A DNA stretch of 64,000 nucleotides from a virus: the IMG/VR virus record IMGVR_UViG_3300029305_006397. One strand, written 5' to 3'. The notes below the pieces were generated by a model. It did not search any database, was not told the DNA's origin, and saw nothing but the letters and a program-made list of their open reading frames with translations. The position numbers and the translations under genes are program-made. Every line of letters begins with the position of its first letter. Position 1 is the stretch's first letter. This document shows positions 19,235 through 27,449 of the stretch, one piece after another.

Positions 19235-19576
19235 TTAATTTTGTATGGGTTTTGCAATTCTAAGTGCAATTGCAATACAGTAAATGCATGCCCATACATA
19301 ATCAATTATGCCTTTCAAGCTCTCAAAAAATGTAGGCTTACGTTCCATCATACGACTAAGCTCGATCAAACGAACACGACGTTCACGGTCGCGAGTTTCC
19401 TCTACAATATGATGGATATCTGTAAGGTCTCGAAGCTGACGATTAAATTTCAAATTAAGCTCTTCAATTTCATTTTGGTGCTCAATTCTGGATTTCTCCA
19501 TTTCATGAGCATGGATTTCGTTGAGACGCCTGGTTTCATTAATTACCAAATTGATATCGCTGAGAGTGAGATTCAT
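19235..19576 (-). CDS. hypothetical coiled-coil protein with C-terminal TM helix
   Basis: AGGAGG SD; sits inside tRNA island. Confidence 0.55.
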   Translation of the reverse strand: MNLTLSDINLVINETRRLNEIHAHEMEKSRIEHQNEIEELNLKFNRQLRDLTDIHHIVEETRDRERRVRLIELSRMMERKPTFFESLKGIIDYVWACIYCIAIALRIAKPIQN

Positions 19577-19620
19577 AGAAGCCTCCTATTGTTGTTCGTC
19601 GATATCTTTGAAAATAAAGA

Positions 19621-19697
19621 TGGTACTCCGGGAGGGACTTGAACCCCCGACTACAGACTTAGAAGGACTGTGCTCTTTCCAACTGAGCTACCGGAGC
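19621..19697 (-). tRNA. tRNA-Arg(TCT)
   Basis: 77 nt cloverleaf; anticodon loop CUUCUAA; CCA encoded. Confidence 0.85.
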
Positions 19698-19701
19698 ATA
19701 T

Positions 19702-19777
19702 TGGCAGGGAAGAAGAGATTCGAACTCTTATCTACATCGGTTTTGGAGACCGGAGTTTTGCATTAAACTACTTCCCT
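19702..19777 (-). tRNA. tRNA-Trp(CCA)
   Basis: 76 nt cloverleaf; anticodon loop CUCCAAA; CCA encoded. Confidence 0.8.
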
Positions 19778-19948
19778 ATTTATTATTATTGAGCCATAGG
19801 ACTTTCACCTATGGGAGCAAGGGTTAGGTTTCGTGTTTGCAACCACTTTCTAACGGTCTATTTCTAATTACTAATCTTGCCGACCAAGCATCTACAATTT
19901 TACCTTGCTTTTTCATATTTCGTACTTTTAAGAGATTTTCTTTTTGCT

Positions 19949-20036
19949 CGGCATCAACAGGACTTGAACCTGAACCCTCCGGCCAGCACTATCCAGCCAG
20001 CATGCTCTCCACCTACACCAGACACCTAATCCCTGC
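19949..20036 (-). other. tRNA-like element with aberrant anticodon arm
   Basis: acceptor GGTGTCT/TGATGCC, D-arm GTGT..GCAT, T-arm CAGGTTCAAGTCCTG; central hairpin has a 6- or 8-nt loop, no assignable anticodon. Confidence 0.35.
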
Positions 20037-20127
20037 CACACAAACCATCGGCTGTACCTTCCGTTATAGGCTTGTTTGTACGTTGTGGCATACTCCATAT
20101 GGCTTTGTACTCACCACTCAAAAATAA

Positions 20128-20391
20128 TCACGTTTGCTTTTTGCGAAGCGCCTGAACCTTGCGATTAAAAGCATGAATCTCGCTTTTTGTAAGGTTGGGC
20201 TTGATTTCTACGATTGAAAGATTCCATGAATAAAGGATGTCTTTGCTAGTGCCAGATAACTTGTTTGCATTGACTACAAAACGAGCCAATTGATCAAGCG
20301 TTTCAAACCTACGAACAAAAGCTCCGCGACAATGACGATTAAAAGATTTAAACTTCAATCCTGACCTTGCAAATGCAACTTCATAACGCAT
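20128..20391 (-). CDS. small basic protein inside tRNA island
   Basis: 87 aa, K/R rich; AAAGAGGT SD 5 nt before ATG. Confidence 0.4.
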   Translation of the reverse strand: MRYEVAFARSGLKFKSFNRHCRGAFVRRFETLDQLARFVVNANKLSGTSKDILYSWNLSIVEIKPNLTKSEIHAFNRKVQALRKKQT

Positions 20392-20672
20392 AAAGTACCT
20401 CTTTCATAACCGGGTTACGATCTACACGGTAGACGGCCTGTCCCCTACCCCTTTAGCCTTGGACTGTTTGGCTTCCCTCGTTGGTTGATGGTCGCGTCCA
20501 ACTCTTTCAACCTCTTTCACTGCCCCTCGAACGTATTACCAGTGCCAACACCCACTTAGCGTTAAGCAGAATTACATCGACGTTGTTGGCTGCGCGAATG
20601 ACTGCGCGTACATAAGCTTCATTAAATGGCCGTCTGCTGCGGCATCAACTTAAGAAAAGAAAGAAAGGAGTT

Positions 20673-20743
20673 TGCTTCGAGACGGAATCGAACCGCCGAC
20701 AAGAGCCATTCCAGCTTTTACTCTTCCCCTGAGTTACCGAAGC
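20673..20743 (-). tRNA. atypical tRNA, Phe(GAA)-like with G33
   Basis: good acceptor, D and T arms; anticodon loop UGGAAUG (G at position 33), A-C mismatch in stem; no CCA. Confidence 0.45.
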
Positions 20744-20746
20744 ATG

Positions 20747-20822
20747 TGGAGCTGGCGAAGGGACTTGAACCCGCAACCTGCTGATTACAAATCAGCTGCT
20801 CTGCCAATTGAGCTACGCCAGC
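20747..20822 (-). tRNA. tRNA-Thr(TGT)
   Basis: 76 nt cloverleaf; anticodon loop UUUGUAA; CCA encoded. Confidence 0.85.
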
Positions 20823-20831
20823 CCGATATAT

Positions 20832-20954
20832 TTACTGGGTTTCCAGTAAACGAATACGACGTTTGAGTTTATTGATAATGTTAACATTGACAACGGGATC
20901 GCGCATCTGCAGGATGTGCATGCGAATGGAGAGAGATTCGATAGAGTTTTTCAT
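20832..20954 (-). CDS. possible 40-aa protein between tRNAs
   Basis: own translation MKNSIESLSIRMHILQMRDP...; GAAAGAGGTAC SD as for 20128..20391. Confidence 0.3.
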   Translation of the reverse strand: MKNSIESLSIRMHILQMRDPVVNVNIINKLKRRIRLLETQ

Positions 20955-20984
20955 GGATTTGTACCTCTTTCATTGAATTTTAGA

Positions 20985-21061
20985 TGGAGCACCAGACGGG
21001 ACTCGAACCCGCAAACCTCCGGCTTGGAAGGCCAGCATTCTAACCATTGAACTACTGGTGC
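20985..21061 (-). tRNA. tRNA-Gly(TCC)
   Basis: 77 nt cloverleaf; anticodon loop CUUCCAA; CCA encoded. Confidence 0.85.
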
Positions 21062-21316
21062 ATATACCCTAATCTGTTATCGTACAGATTGGTAGAAACG
21101 CCGGATTTGCACCGGGACTCGCGAGTGTCTTTGGGCGCAGCCAGGGATCGAACCCGGAAATCAAGACTTGGCTTCCTGCATTTTGCCTCTTAAATTACTG
21201 AGCCATAAAACTCCCGGTGGGTTCTCAGGCCCACATTGCCCGTTTACCGAAGCAGTGACGGCAGTCCTTCAGGTGATAAGCTTAAAGTCACCCTTGCGAA
21301 TTTGTACGACAGGAGT

Positions 21317-21402
21317 TGGTGAATACAATTGGATTCGAACCAATGCTCGACGACTGAGCCAAAGGCATGGGCCGTCCGTGCTAACCGCTACACCATATAT
21401 TC
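21317..21402 (-). tRNA. atypical 86-nt tRNA-like gene, expanded anticodon arm, isotype unassigned
   Basis: acceptor GAATATA/TGTATTC, D-arm GTGTAGCGGTTAGCAC, T-arm ATTGGTTCGAATCCAAT, ACCA end; about 13 extra nt in the anticodon arm. Confidence 0.45.
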
Positions 21403-21550
21403 ATGCATCCGACTAAGCAGTAGTCGGCACTGTGAAACACGCCGCGTGACACCTCGTCTGCGTCTGCGTCTGCGATTTCAATCAGTGATATCGCCACTGA
21501 TCCTCCCCTTGTCATCGGGAAAACTATCTTGACCAAGCGATATTTGGGAC

Positions 21551-21627
21551 TGGTGGGGGCCACAGGACTCGAACCTGTGACCGATCGGTTATGAGCCGAC
21601 TGCTCTGACCAACTGCGCTAGACCCCC
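21551..21627 (-). tRNA. tRNA-Met or Ile2 (CAT)
   Basis: 77 nt cloverleaf; anticodon loop CUCAUAA; CCA encoded. Confidence 0.85.
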
Positions 21628-21878
21628 ATATGTAATGCCCCTGGTTGTATTAAATACATATGCATATGGATAGCTACGTCCCGCGAAGGAGTATTCGCGT
21701 GTATGCCTGACTTAAATCACGGACTCCAATTGTATTACTATGTGACGCATACTTTCGTTTTTATCCGCTATCTGGACGGGGCAGGTTAAGCGATAACCTA
21801 TGCCTTTCGACAACCCAGCCTCTAATAAGAGGCTGACGCTCATGGCCTAATGTCCTGTTTCAACTCGCCATGACGAGC

Positions 21879-21942
21879 AATCACCTGCAAGAATCGAACC
21901 TGCCTGGAAGTCAAGCTTCCTTTACTGCCGCCCAGAAGTGAT
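21879..21942 (-). other. truncated tRNA-like element lacking a D-arm
   Basis: acceptor ATCACTT/AGGTGAT, T-arm GCAGGTTCGATTCTTGC, hairpin GGAAG-CUUGA-CUUCC. Confidence 0.3.
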
Positions 21943-22006
21943 TAAGATGGATTGTTTGACTTTAATTTGATAAGCGGAGGCCAAACAACCAAATTTCTCT
22001 CACGAT

Positions 22007-22092
<86 letters not shown>

Positions 22093-22170
22093 AGATTGGT
22101 GGGCCTTAACGTCGGCCCAAACGACAGATGGGTTTATGCGCTGCGTAACCTCTTTTGCTCTTAACCGCGA

Positions 22171-22253
22171 TGGTGGGGATGGTGGGACTTGAACCCACAC
22201 GGTCTAGCCGTCGCATTTTGAGTGCGATGCGTCTGCCATTCCGCCACAACCCC
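22171..22253 (-). tRNA. tRNA-Leu(CAA)
   Basis: 83 nt type II tRNA; anticodon loop CUCAAAA; CCA encoded. Confidence 0.8.
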
Positions 22254-22366
22254 GCCTAGTATGGCATGCCGTTCGGCTTACGACGGCCATAACGCCGGAT
22301 TTAGGAAATCACCCAAGAAAGGAGGTGTACATATGAAACCGTATCTCACCCGGAATCAGATGTAAG

Positions 22367-22442
22367 TGGTGAAAGTGGCGGGATTCGAACCCGCGACTCA
22401 CAGATTAAAAGTCTGTTACTCTACCGACTGAGTTACACTTCC
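22367..22442 (-). tRNA. tRNA-Lys(TTT)
   Basis: 76 nt cloverleaf; anticodon loop CUUUUAA; CCA encoded. Confidence 0.85.
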
Positions 22443-22450
22443 AAGTAATT

Positions 22451-22469
22451 TTTGCACATAATGTTTATT
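22451..22469 (-). promoter_or_regulatory. conserved phage motif copy (AATAAACATTATGTGCAAA on minus strand)
   Basis: 9 nt upstream of the tRNA-Lys 5' end; one of 10 copies. Confidence 0.5.
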
Positions 22470-22509
22470 GTTTATCAGATCAATCCGAATTATCGTTTTC
22501 ATCTTTATT

Positions 22510-22528
22510 TTTGCATATAATGTTTATA
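22510..22528 (-). promoter_or_regulatory. conserved phage motif copy
   Basis: TATAAACATTATATGCAAA on minus strand, upstream of tRNA island. Confidence 0.45.
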
Positions 22529-22619
22529 AGCAATAAAAGAATGATTTACTGCCTTTTCAAATGATCGCCATTTGAATGCCTTCGGATTGATTGATAATAG
22601 ACAGTGATTCATTTTATCG

Positions 22620-22638
22620 TTTGCACTTAATGTTTATT
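22620..22638 (-). promoter_or_regulatory. conserved phage motif copy
   Basis: AATAAACATTAAGTGCAAA on minus strand, upstream of tRNA island. Confidence 0.45.
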
Positions 22639-22729
22639 AAAACATCTTAAATCGCCAACGACTGTAATAATACTACCACAAGATTCATAGCTTGTCAACC
22701 CCTTTTTCAAACTTTTTTGAAAAAAATTT

Positions 22730-23905
22730 TCAAGCTTCTGCTTTAAAATTATAGATGGGTTTAAAACGATCTACGATATCTACGGTTGGGCCAATGCAAT
22801 TAATAATTTCCTGATAATCCTTGTAAACAAAAGGAGCTTCATCCAAGGTTGATTCATTAATGCATGTGGAATATATGCCATTCATAGTTTCGGCATATTC
22901 TTCTACGGTAAATATCTTCTTTGCCTGTGCGCGAGAATACAGGCGACCAGCTCCATGAGGAGCAGAACAATTCCATTCGGTATTGCCCTTTCCTCTGCAG
23001 ATCAAAAGACCATCACGCATATTAAGAGGAATTACAAGAAACTGACCTTGCTGCGCAGAGATTGCGCCTTTGCGCAAAATCATTTCTTTCACATTGATAT
23101 AATTATGTACACTATCAATGCAATAATCGATTTCACCACCCATAGCAGATACGATTGTATGCAACATTATCCATCTATTCTGTTCAGCAAATTCCTGTAG
23201 AATTGCAACGTCATGAAGATAATCATCCATGTCCTGTCCGGTAAGATAACAAAGATCGGGATCAATTGCGATATGATGTTCAGACAGCCATTGCTGGCGC
23301 ATAACAGGTTCAATAAACTGCAGTTGCTCCATGCGCAAATTATAGTTGTATTTCTTTATGCGATTTACGGCGAGGTTCTGGTAGTATTGAGCCACTTTCA
23401 GGCCGATATTGCGACTGCCTGAATGAACAGCGATATATCCATTTTCATACGCTTCGATGAAATGGTTCCCACCTCCAAGAGTTCCAAGGGTACACTTTGC
23501 CCTTTCCTGGGTCGCTTTATCCAATTTGTCCCAGCACCGCAATTCTTCGAAATCTCGTTCCCATACCTTCTCAGTCGAATGTACATCCATACCAAACGGA
23601 ATACTAGATCGGATAGCGGCGTCCAATTCATCAAGGCGAGAATCAAAATCAATATTGGTTTGTACAAGTGATACACCACAACCGATATCTACGCCAACCA
23701 AATTCGGGCATACCTTATCCGTGATATGCATAGTAGTACCGATTACACAGCCAGCTCCGGCATGGGCATCCGGCATGATTCGAATATGTGCGTCCTTACC
23801 CAAAGGAGAATCCGCCATCTTTTTAATTTGATCGATAGCTTGATCCTCAATTGTCTTAGCATAAATGACGACATCATCACCATGGGTAGACTTATATATT
23901 TTCAC
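22730..23905 (-). CDS. rtcB: RtcB RNA 3'-phosphate/2',3'-cyclic phosphate ligase
   Basis: PDAHAGAG, GGGNHFIE, HSGSRNIG, HNY and HGAGR motifs; GTG start with AAGGTGA SD. Confidence 0.9.
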   Translation of the reverse strand: MKIYKSTHGDDVVIYAKTIEDQAIDQIKKMADSPLGKDAHIRIMPDAHAGAGCVIGTTMHITDKVCPNLVGVDIGCGVSLVQTNIDFDSRLDELDAAIRSSIPFGMDVHSTEKVWERDFEELRCWDKLDKATQERAKCTLGTLGGGNHFIEAYENGYIAVHSGSRNIGLKVAQYYQNLAVNRIKKYNYNLRMEQLQFIEPVMRQQWLSEHHIAIDPDLCYLTGQDMDDYLHDVAILQEFAEQNRWIMLHTIVSAMGGEIDYCIDSVHNYINVKEMILRKGAISAQQGQFLVIPLNMRDGLLICRGKGNTEWNCSAPHGAGRLYSRAQAKKIFTVEEYAETMNGIYSTCINESTLDEAPFVYKDYQEIINCIGPTVDIVDRFKPIYNFKAEA

Positions 23906-23985
23906 TTTTTCTCACCTTCTCAGTAAATTCTTCAAGACTATAAAAGGTATTATAAAACCCCTATAATCCTATTTTATACTCATGA

Positions 23986-24624
23986 TTAAACCTCATTCAA
24001 TTCCTTGTACCTTTCCAACAGCGCAGCCATTTCAGGATTCTTATCTGCAATTGCCTGGTAAAGAATAAGTTCCTGATTATCCTTCACCATCTTGTCCATT
24101 TGCTTTTTCAGTGCTTCCTTGGCCTTACGCTGTTCCCGGCGTCTATGATAGGCTTCGAAATCGACCTTACAGACGACTTCTTTTACAGGCATAGTCCAGC
24201 CACTTTCACGGGCTTCATCCTGTGTAGCAAGACCTGAGACCCTACAAACCTGGAATCCACTAGCTGAATCAACAAGCACATAATCATTTACTTTTACCAG
24301 ATGTTCAGGATCGAAAAGTGCAAAATAATAATCCTTCACCGGGTTTGTACCATCAACAAAACGGCAAGCTGCCACCATATAATTTCCAGAAACTGCCATA
24401 TGATTCTTCTCCTTATTCTCTTTTGCTTCTTTTGCAATTTTATATTTGCGACCAACCCATATCAAACTATAGGGACTGTATTCATATGTTCCATAGCCAT
24501 TGTCAAGTTCTACTCTGATACGACTACCATCAAAACAATTTAAAGCTACGATCACGCCATATCTGCCATTGGTATAAGCTTTAGGCGATTGAATTTTCAC
24601 CCGGTCTCCAATAGAAAATTTCAC
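23986..24624 (-). CDS. hypothetical protein
   Basis: start placed at GTG 24624 just after upstream stop. Confidence 0.5.
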   Translation of the reverse strand: MKFSIGDRVKIQSPKAYTNGRYGVIVALNCFDGSRIRVELDNGYGTYEYSPYSLIWVGRKYKIAKEAKENKEKNHMAVSGNYMVAACRFVDGTNPVKDYYFALFDPEHLVKVNDYVLVDSASGFQVCRVSGLATQDEARESGWTMPVKEVVCKVDFEAYHRRREQRKAKEALKKQMDKMVKDNQELILYQAIADKNPEMAALLERYKELNEV

Positions 24625-24625
24625 A

Positions 24626-25117
24626 TTAATCACCAGCCTGATTCTTAGCCGATGCGCCTTTGAGCTTTTTAACAACGGGCTTATGTCGCAAAAGCTTTTC
24701 GTCATCCGAAGTAAACACCTTAGTTACGGTAACGACAGATGTATTGGAACCATCCTTGCATTTGGATTTGACCTGTACAATATCTCCAACTTCAATAGAC
24801 ATGCGCTTTGCAACGCGCCAGGTATATTCCTTATCATTTCCTTCAAATTTGCCGCAGATATATACCGAGACTACGTTATCAAGCTGTTTCTGCTGCTCAG
24901 ATACAGAAATATAGGGAATATGATCCATTCCGGCTTCGATAGCTACAAGATAACGAACATAGCCATCGACAAGGACATTATCGGATAGAACTACGGGGCG
25001 ATCCAATTTACCATTTTCTTTGAGGTATGTACGAACGACATCCATTTTGTGAGTACCAGGTTTAGTGTTGCGAAAAGACGACGGTACATAGATATCCTTA
25101 ATGTTGATCTTTTTCAT
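24626..25117 (-). CDS. ParB-like N-terminal domain protein (weak)
   Basis: PVVLSDNVLVDGYVRYLVAIEAGMDHIPY resembles the ParB/Srx fold motif. Confidence 0.35.
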   Translation of the reverse strand: MKKINIKDIYVPSSFRNTKPGTHKMDVVRTYLKENGKLDRPVVLSDNVLVDGYVRYLVAIEAGMDHIPYISVSEQQKQLDNVVSVYICGKFEGNDKEYTWRVAKRMSIEVGDIVQVKSKCKDGSNTSVVTVTKVFTSDDEKLLRHKPVVKKLKGASAKNQAGD

Positions 25118-25146
25118 TATTGTGCCTCCAATTCATATGTCGTGAG

Positions 25147-25587
25147 TTATTCAACAACCAGTTCAAGTTTTGTAAAAGTGGAAAGTTCATCGACAAGATA
25201 GATTTCAAAGCAATCGCAGCCATCCTGAGTGCCAACGTATTTAAAAGCAATATGTGCAATATCCAATGCTTCTTCTACCATATAATCGTAACCATCCTGA
25301 TCGAGAATCCAGAGGGCATCGGTACATTCAGAAAGGCGCAGATTGTAACCGTAGTCAAAACCCAGCAAGTCAAAGCTGCCTCTATTCTTTTCGTAATCAA
25401 GGACTCGAAGTGTTTTGATGGTACGAGATTCTTTAATTTCTGAGCGAATGCGGCGCAACACAAAAATGGGATCATCAAAAGATTGGGAAACCTCGTTAAT
25501 CCATGAATGATCCTGGGTAAATAAAGAACAAGGATTATCGATGATTTGAAGATGAAAAGGATTGGCGACGATGATTTCAGTATTCAT
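25147..25587 (-). CDS. hypothetical protein
   Basis: tiled minus-strand ORF; GGAGAG SD. Confidence 0.6.
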   Translation of the reverse strand: MNTEIIVANPFHLQIIDNPCSLFTQDHSWINEVSQSFDDPIFVLRRIRSEIKESRTIKTLRVLDYEKNRGSFDLLGFDYGYNLRLSECTDALWILDQDGYDYMVEEALDIAHIAFKYVGTQDGCDCFEIYLVDELSTFTKLELVVE

Positions 25588-25626
25588 AAAAATCTCTCCT
25601 TATAAAATAATCTTAAACTGGTATTC

Positions 25627-25655
25627 TTTACAAGGAGTAGAAAATGTGCTATGAT
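25627..25655 (+). promoter_or_regulatory. sigma70-type promoter (TTTACA-17 nt-TATGAT with TG extension)
   Basis: read directly; faces into a gene-free gap. Confidence 0.55.
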
Positions 25656-25660
25656 ATAGA

Positions 25661-25838
25661 CGCATAAAGACCTCCAAGTACGGCATCTTTTCGCATAAAG
25701 ACCTCCTGTACTGAAGCCTTTATGTCCAACAAAGCACACTTAACGAAGCCATCCGGTAAAGACGGCCAATTAAGCTGTTTTGTTGTTGGGGCCACCTTGA
25801 GTTGATCCGCCAAGATTCAGAACTCAAGGTGGTTTTTA
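25661..25838 (+). ncRNA. candidate small RNA, antisense to the leader of 25147..25587
   Basis: promoter at 25627 and intrinsic terminator at 25792-25838 bracket about 175 nt with no convincing ORF; contains two copies of CGCATAAAGACCTCC. Confidence 0.4.
25792..25838 (+). terminator. intrinsic terminator
   Basis: 12-bp stem CCACCTTGAGTT/AACTCAAGGTGG followed by TTTTT. Confidence 0.6.
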
Positions 25839-25948
25839 TGTTCCAGAACGCTTATCGAACAAGCGTTTGGTTGATATTTCTAATGATACCACATAATGTC
25901 ACGTTTTGCAATGGTACTAAATGGGATTTTCAGAACATTCGTTCGATT

Positions 25949-26905
25949 TTACGTTTTGTTCGGGCTAATTGGTACATCAAACATATCTACTCGTCCACGC
26001 ATAGTAACAAGAAAATTCGGAAGCTCAGACTTGTATTTACTTCGTTTCAATTCATTTTGAATAATTTCAAATCCTCGCTTATTTCGGGAGCGCTTTTCAA
26101 ATACCTCAGACATATCAAGTCCTTCCTTATGAAGATTGATCGCAATACGATGCATAATTCCACTTATATAAACATCATACGGGCGAATATCATAATCAAT
26201 ATAGCGTTTTGCAATATTTCTAAACGCAGTTTGATGTTTAACGTGGGCAAACCTCCCGTCAGACGAAGATCGAGCTGCCATCTTGAAACAACTATCTACA
26301 TGTTCGCCTTCCAATGGAGAACGAGAAACCGTTCCGAATCGGTTGGGATGTTCCCAAACACTTATTTTGCTAAGTTCTATGAGATCGTTAGCAAGTTTTG
26401 CAGATATTTCCAAATCGTAGATTTCGCCCTCGTCTGTGTGCAAAGTTACAAAGCCATCATGGATATCTTCACTCTTCAAGTGAACCAACACATCCAAATT
26501 ATCATTATAAATGCCTTCATAAATAGAACGCATCAGACAGGTATAGTACAGCACATTGTATTCTTCTTCAGTTTGAATCCTGGAGCAAAGAGCTTCAAAA
26601 TCTGCATTTGAGATGTATTTCTTTGAATTTTCCTTATACATTTCCCAAAACACGCCTTTATCAAATCTGCGAACAGCGCTAACGATATCTTTTCTGTTTA
26701 TAAAATAAGCATATTTTATAATAATGGTAAGATATTGAGATACAATGCGATCCGATACAGGTTTAGCCTCAATGAGAATATCAGCAATCGACTGCTGTGT
26801 AAAACTTTCAAAATCATATTCTTCCAAAGCGGTAAATGTTTTTGCAGTTCGTTTCAATCCAGAAGATTCGATTGAATCTAAAAACCGGGCATACGTTTCC
26901 TTCAT
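25949..26905 (-). CDS. hypothetical protein in integrase module
   Basis: 318 aa ORF, no firm motif. Confidence 0.55.
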   Translation of the reverse strand: MKETYARFLDSIESSGLKRTAKTFTALEEYDFESFTQQSIADILIEAKPVSDRIVSQYLTIIIKYAYFINRKDIVSAVRRFDKGVFWEMYKENSKKYISNADFEALCSRIQTEEEYNVLYYTCLMRSIYEGIYNDNLDVLVHLKSEDIHDGFVTLHTDEGEIYDLEISAKLANDLIELSKISVWEHPNRFGTVSRSPLEGEHVDSCFKMAARSSSDGRFAHVKHQTAFRNIAKRYIDYDIRPYDVYISGIMHRIAINLHKEGLDMSEVFEKRSRNKRGFEIIQNELKRSKYKSELPNFLVTMRGRVDMFDVPISPNKT

Positions 26906-26992
26906 TATTATTTCCTCTCTTTCTTTTCAATGGGGATTTGATAACTTTCTTTGGGATAATCAAAAATAAGCATTGTTGCTTGTTATACTCGC

Positions 26993-27439
26993 TCAATAAG
27001 GGCCTCGATAAATCTTGCCAGTGAAGTTGCCGTTTTTATCCTGCTCCCATATACAATCATACATACCGATTAAACGATTTCTGTATACCTGGCTGGGTTC
27101 GTTACCTTCGTAAATCTTGTCGTCCTTATATCTGATTTTATCGTATTCATATCGGTTCCAGTCGATGATTTTTGCCACAGGCAGAGGATGTTGTTTAATG
27201 ATTTTGCGATACTTACCATCGCTATACCATTCATTGATCTGGCGTTTCTCGAAATGCTCAATATCCCACTTCCAGCTTTCGATATCGACAACGCCCTGGG
27301 GGATGGGATCTTCAGGAAGATAATAGAGCGTTTTCCTGATCTCGGCGGCACGGGCATTGGTTTCTCTGGTTTTCTTATTCTGCGCAGCGGCAGCTGCGCC
27401 CCAAAGGAAAAGACCTGCGAGAAGTTTAATCATCAACAT
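26993..27439 (-). CDS. secreted or membrane-anchored protein
   Basis: start at MLMIKLLAGLFLWGAAAAAQ (signal-like), AAAGGAG SD. Confidence 0.5.
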   Translation of the reverse strand: MLMIKLLAGLFLWGAAAAAQNKKTRETNARAAEIRKTLYYLPEDPIPQGVVDIESWKWDIEHFEKRQINEWYSDGKYRKIIKQHPLPVAKIIDWNRYEYDKIRYKDDKIYEGNEPSQVYRNRLIGMYDCIWEQDKNGNFTGKIYRGPY

Positions 27440-27449
27440 TCGACTCCTT

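Noticed and set aside
19790-19815. GAAAGUCC box suggesting RNase P RNA, and T-arm-like GGTTCGATCC near 19205 suggesting tmRNA
   Set aside because: The box is just the loop of a 7-bp hairpin (CCAUAGG-UGAAAGU-CCUAUGG). No other RNase P conserved regions, tmRNA tag ORF or CCA-terminated acceptor are present.
22334-22366. Plus-strand micro-ORF MKPYLTRNQM with a perfect AAAGGAGG SD between two minus-strand tRNAs
   Set aside because: It is only 10 codons, antisense to the tRNA precursor, and has no promoter evidence. It is probably a chance SD-like purine run.
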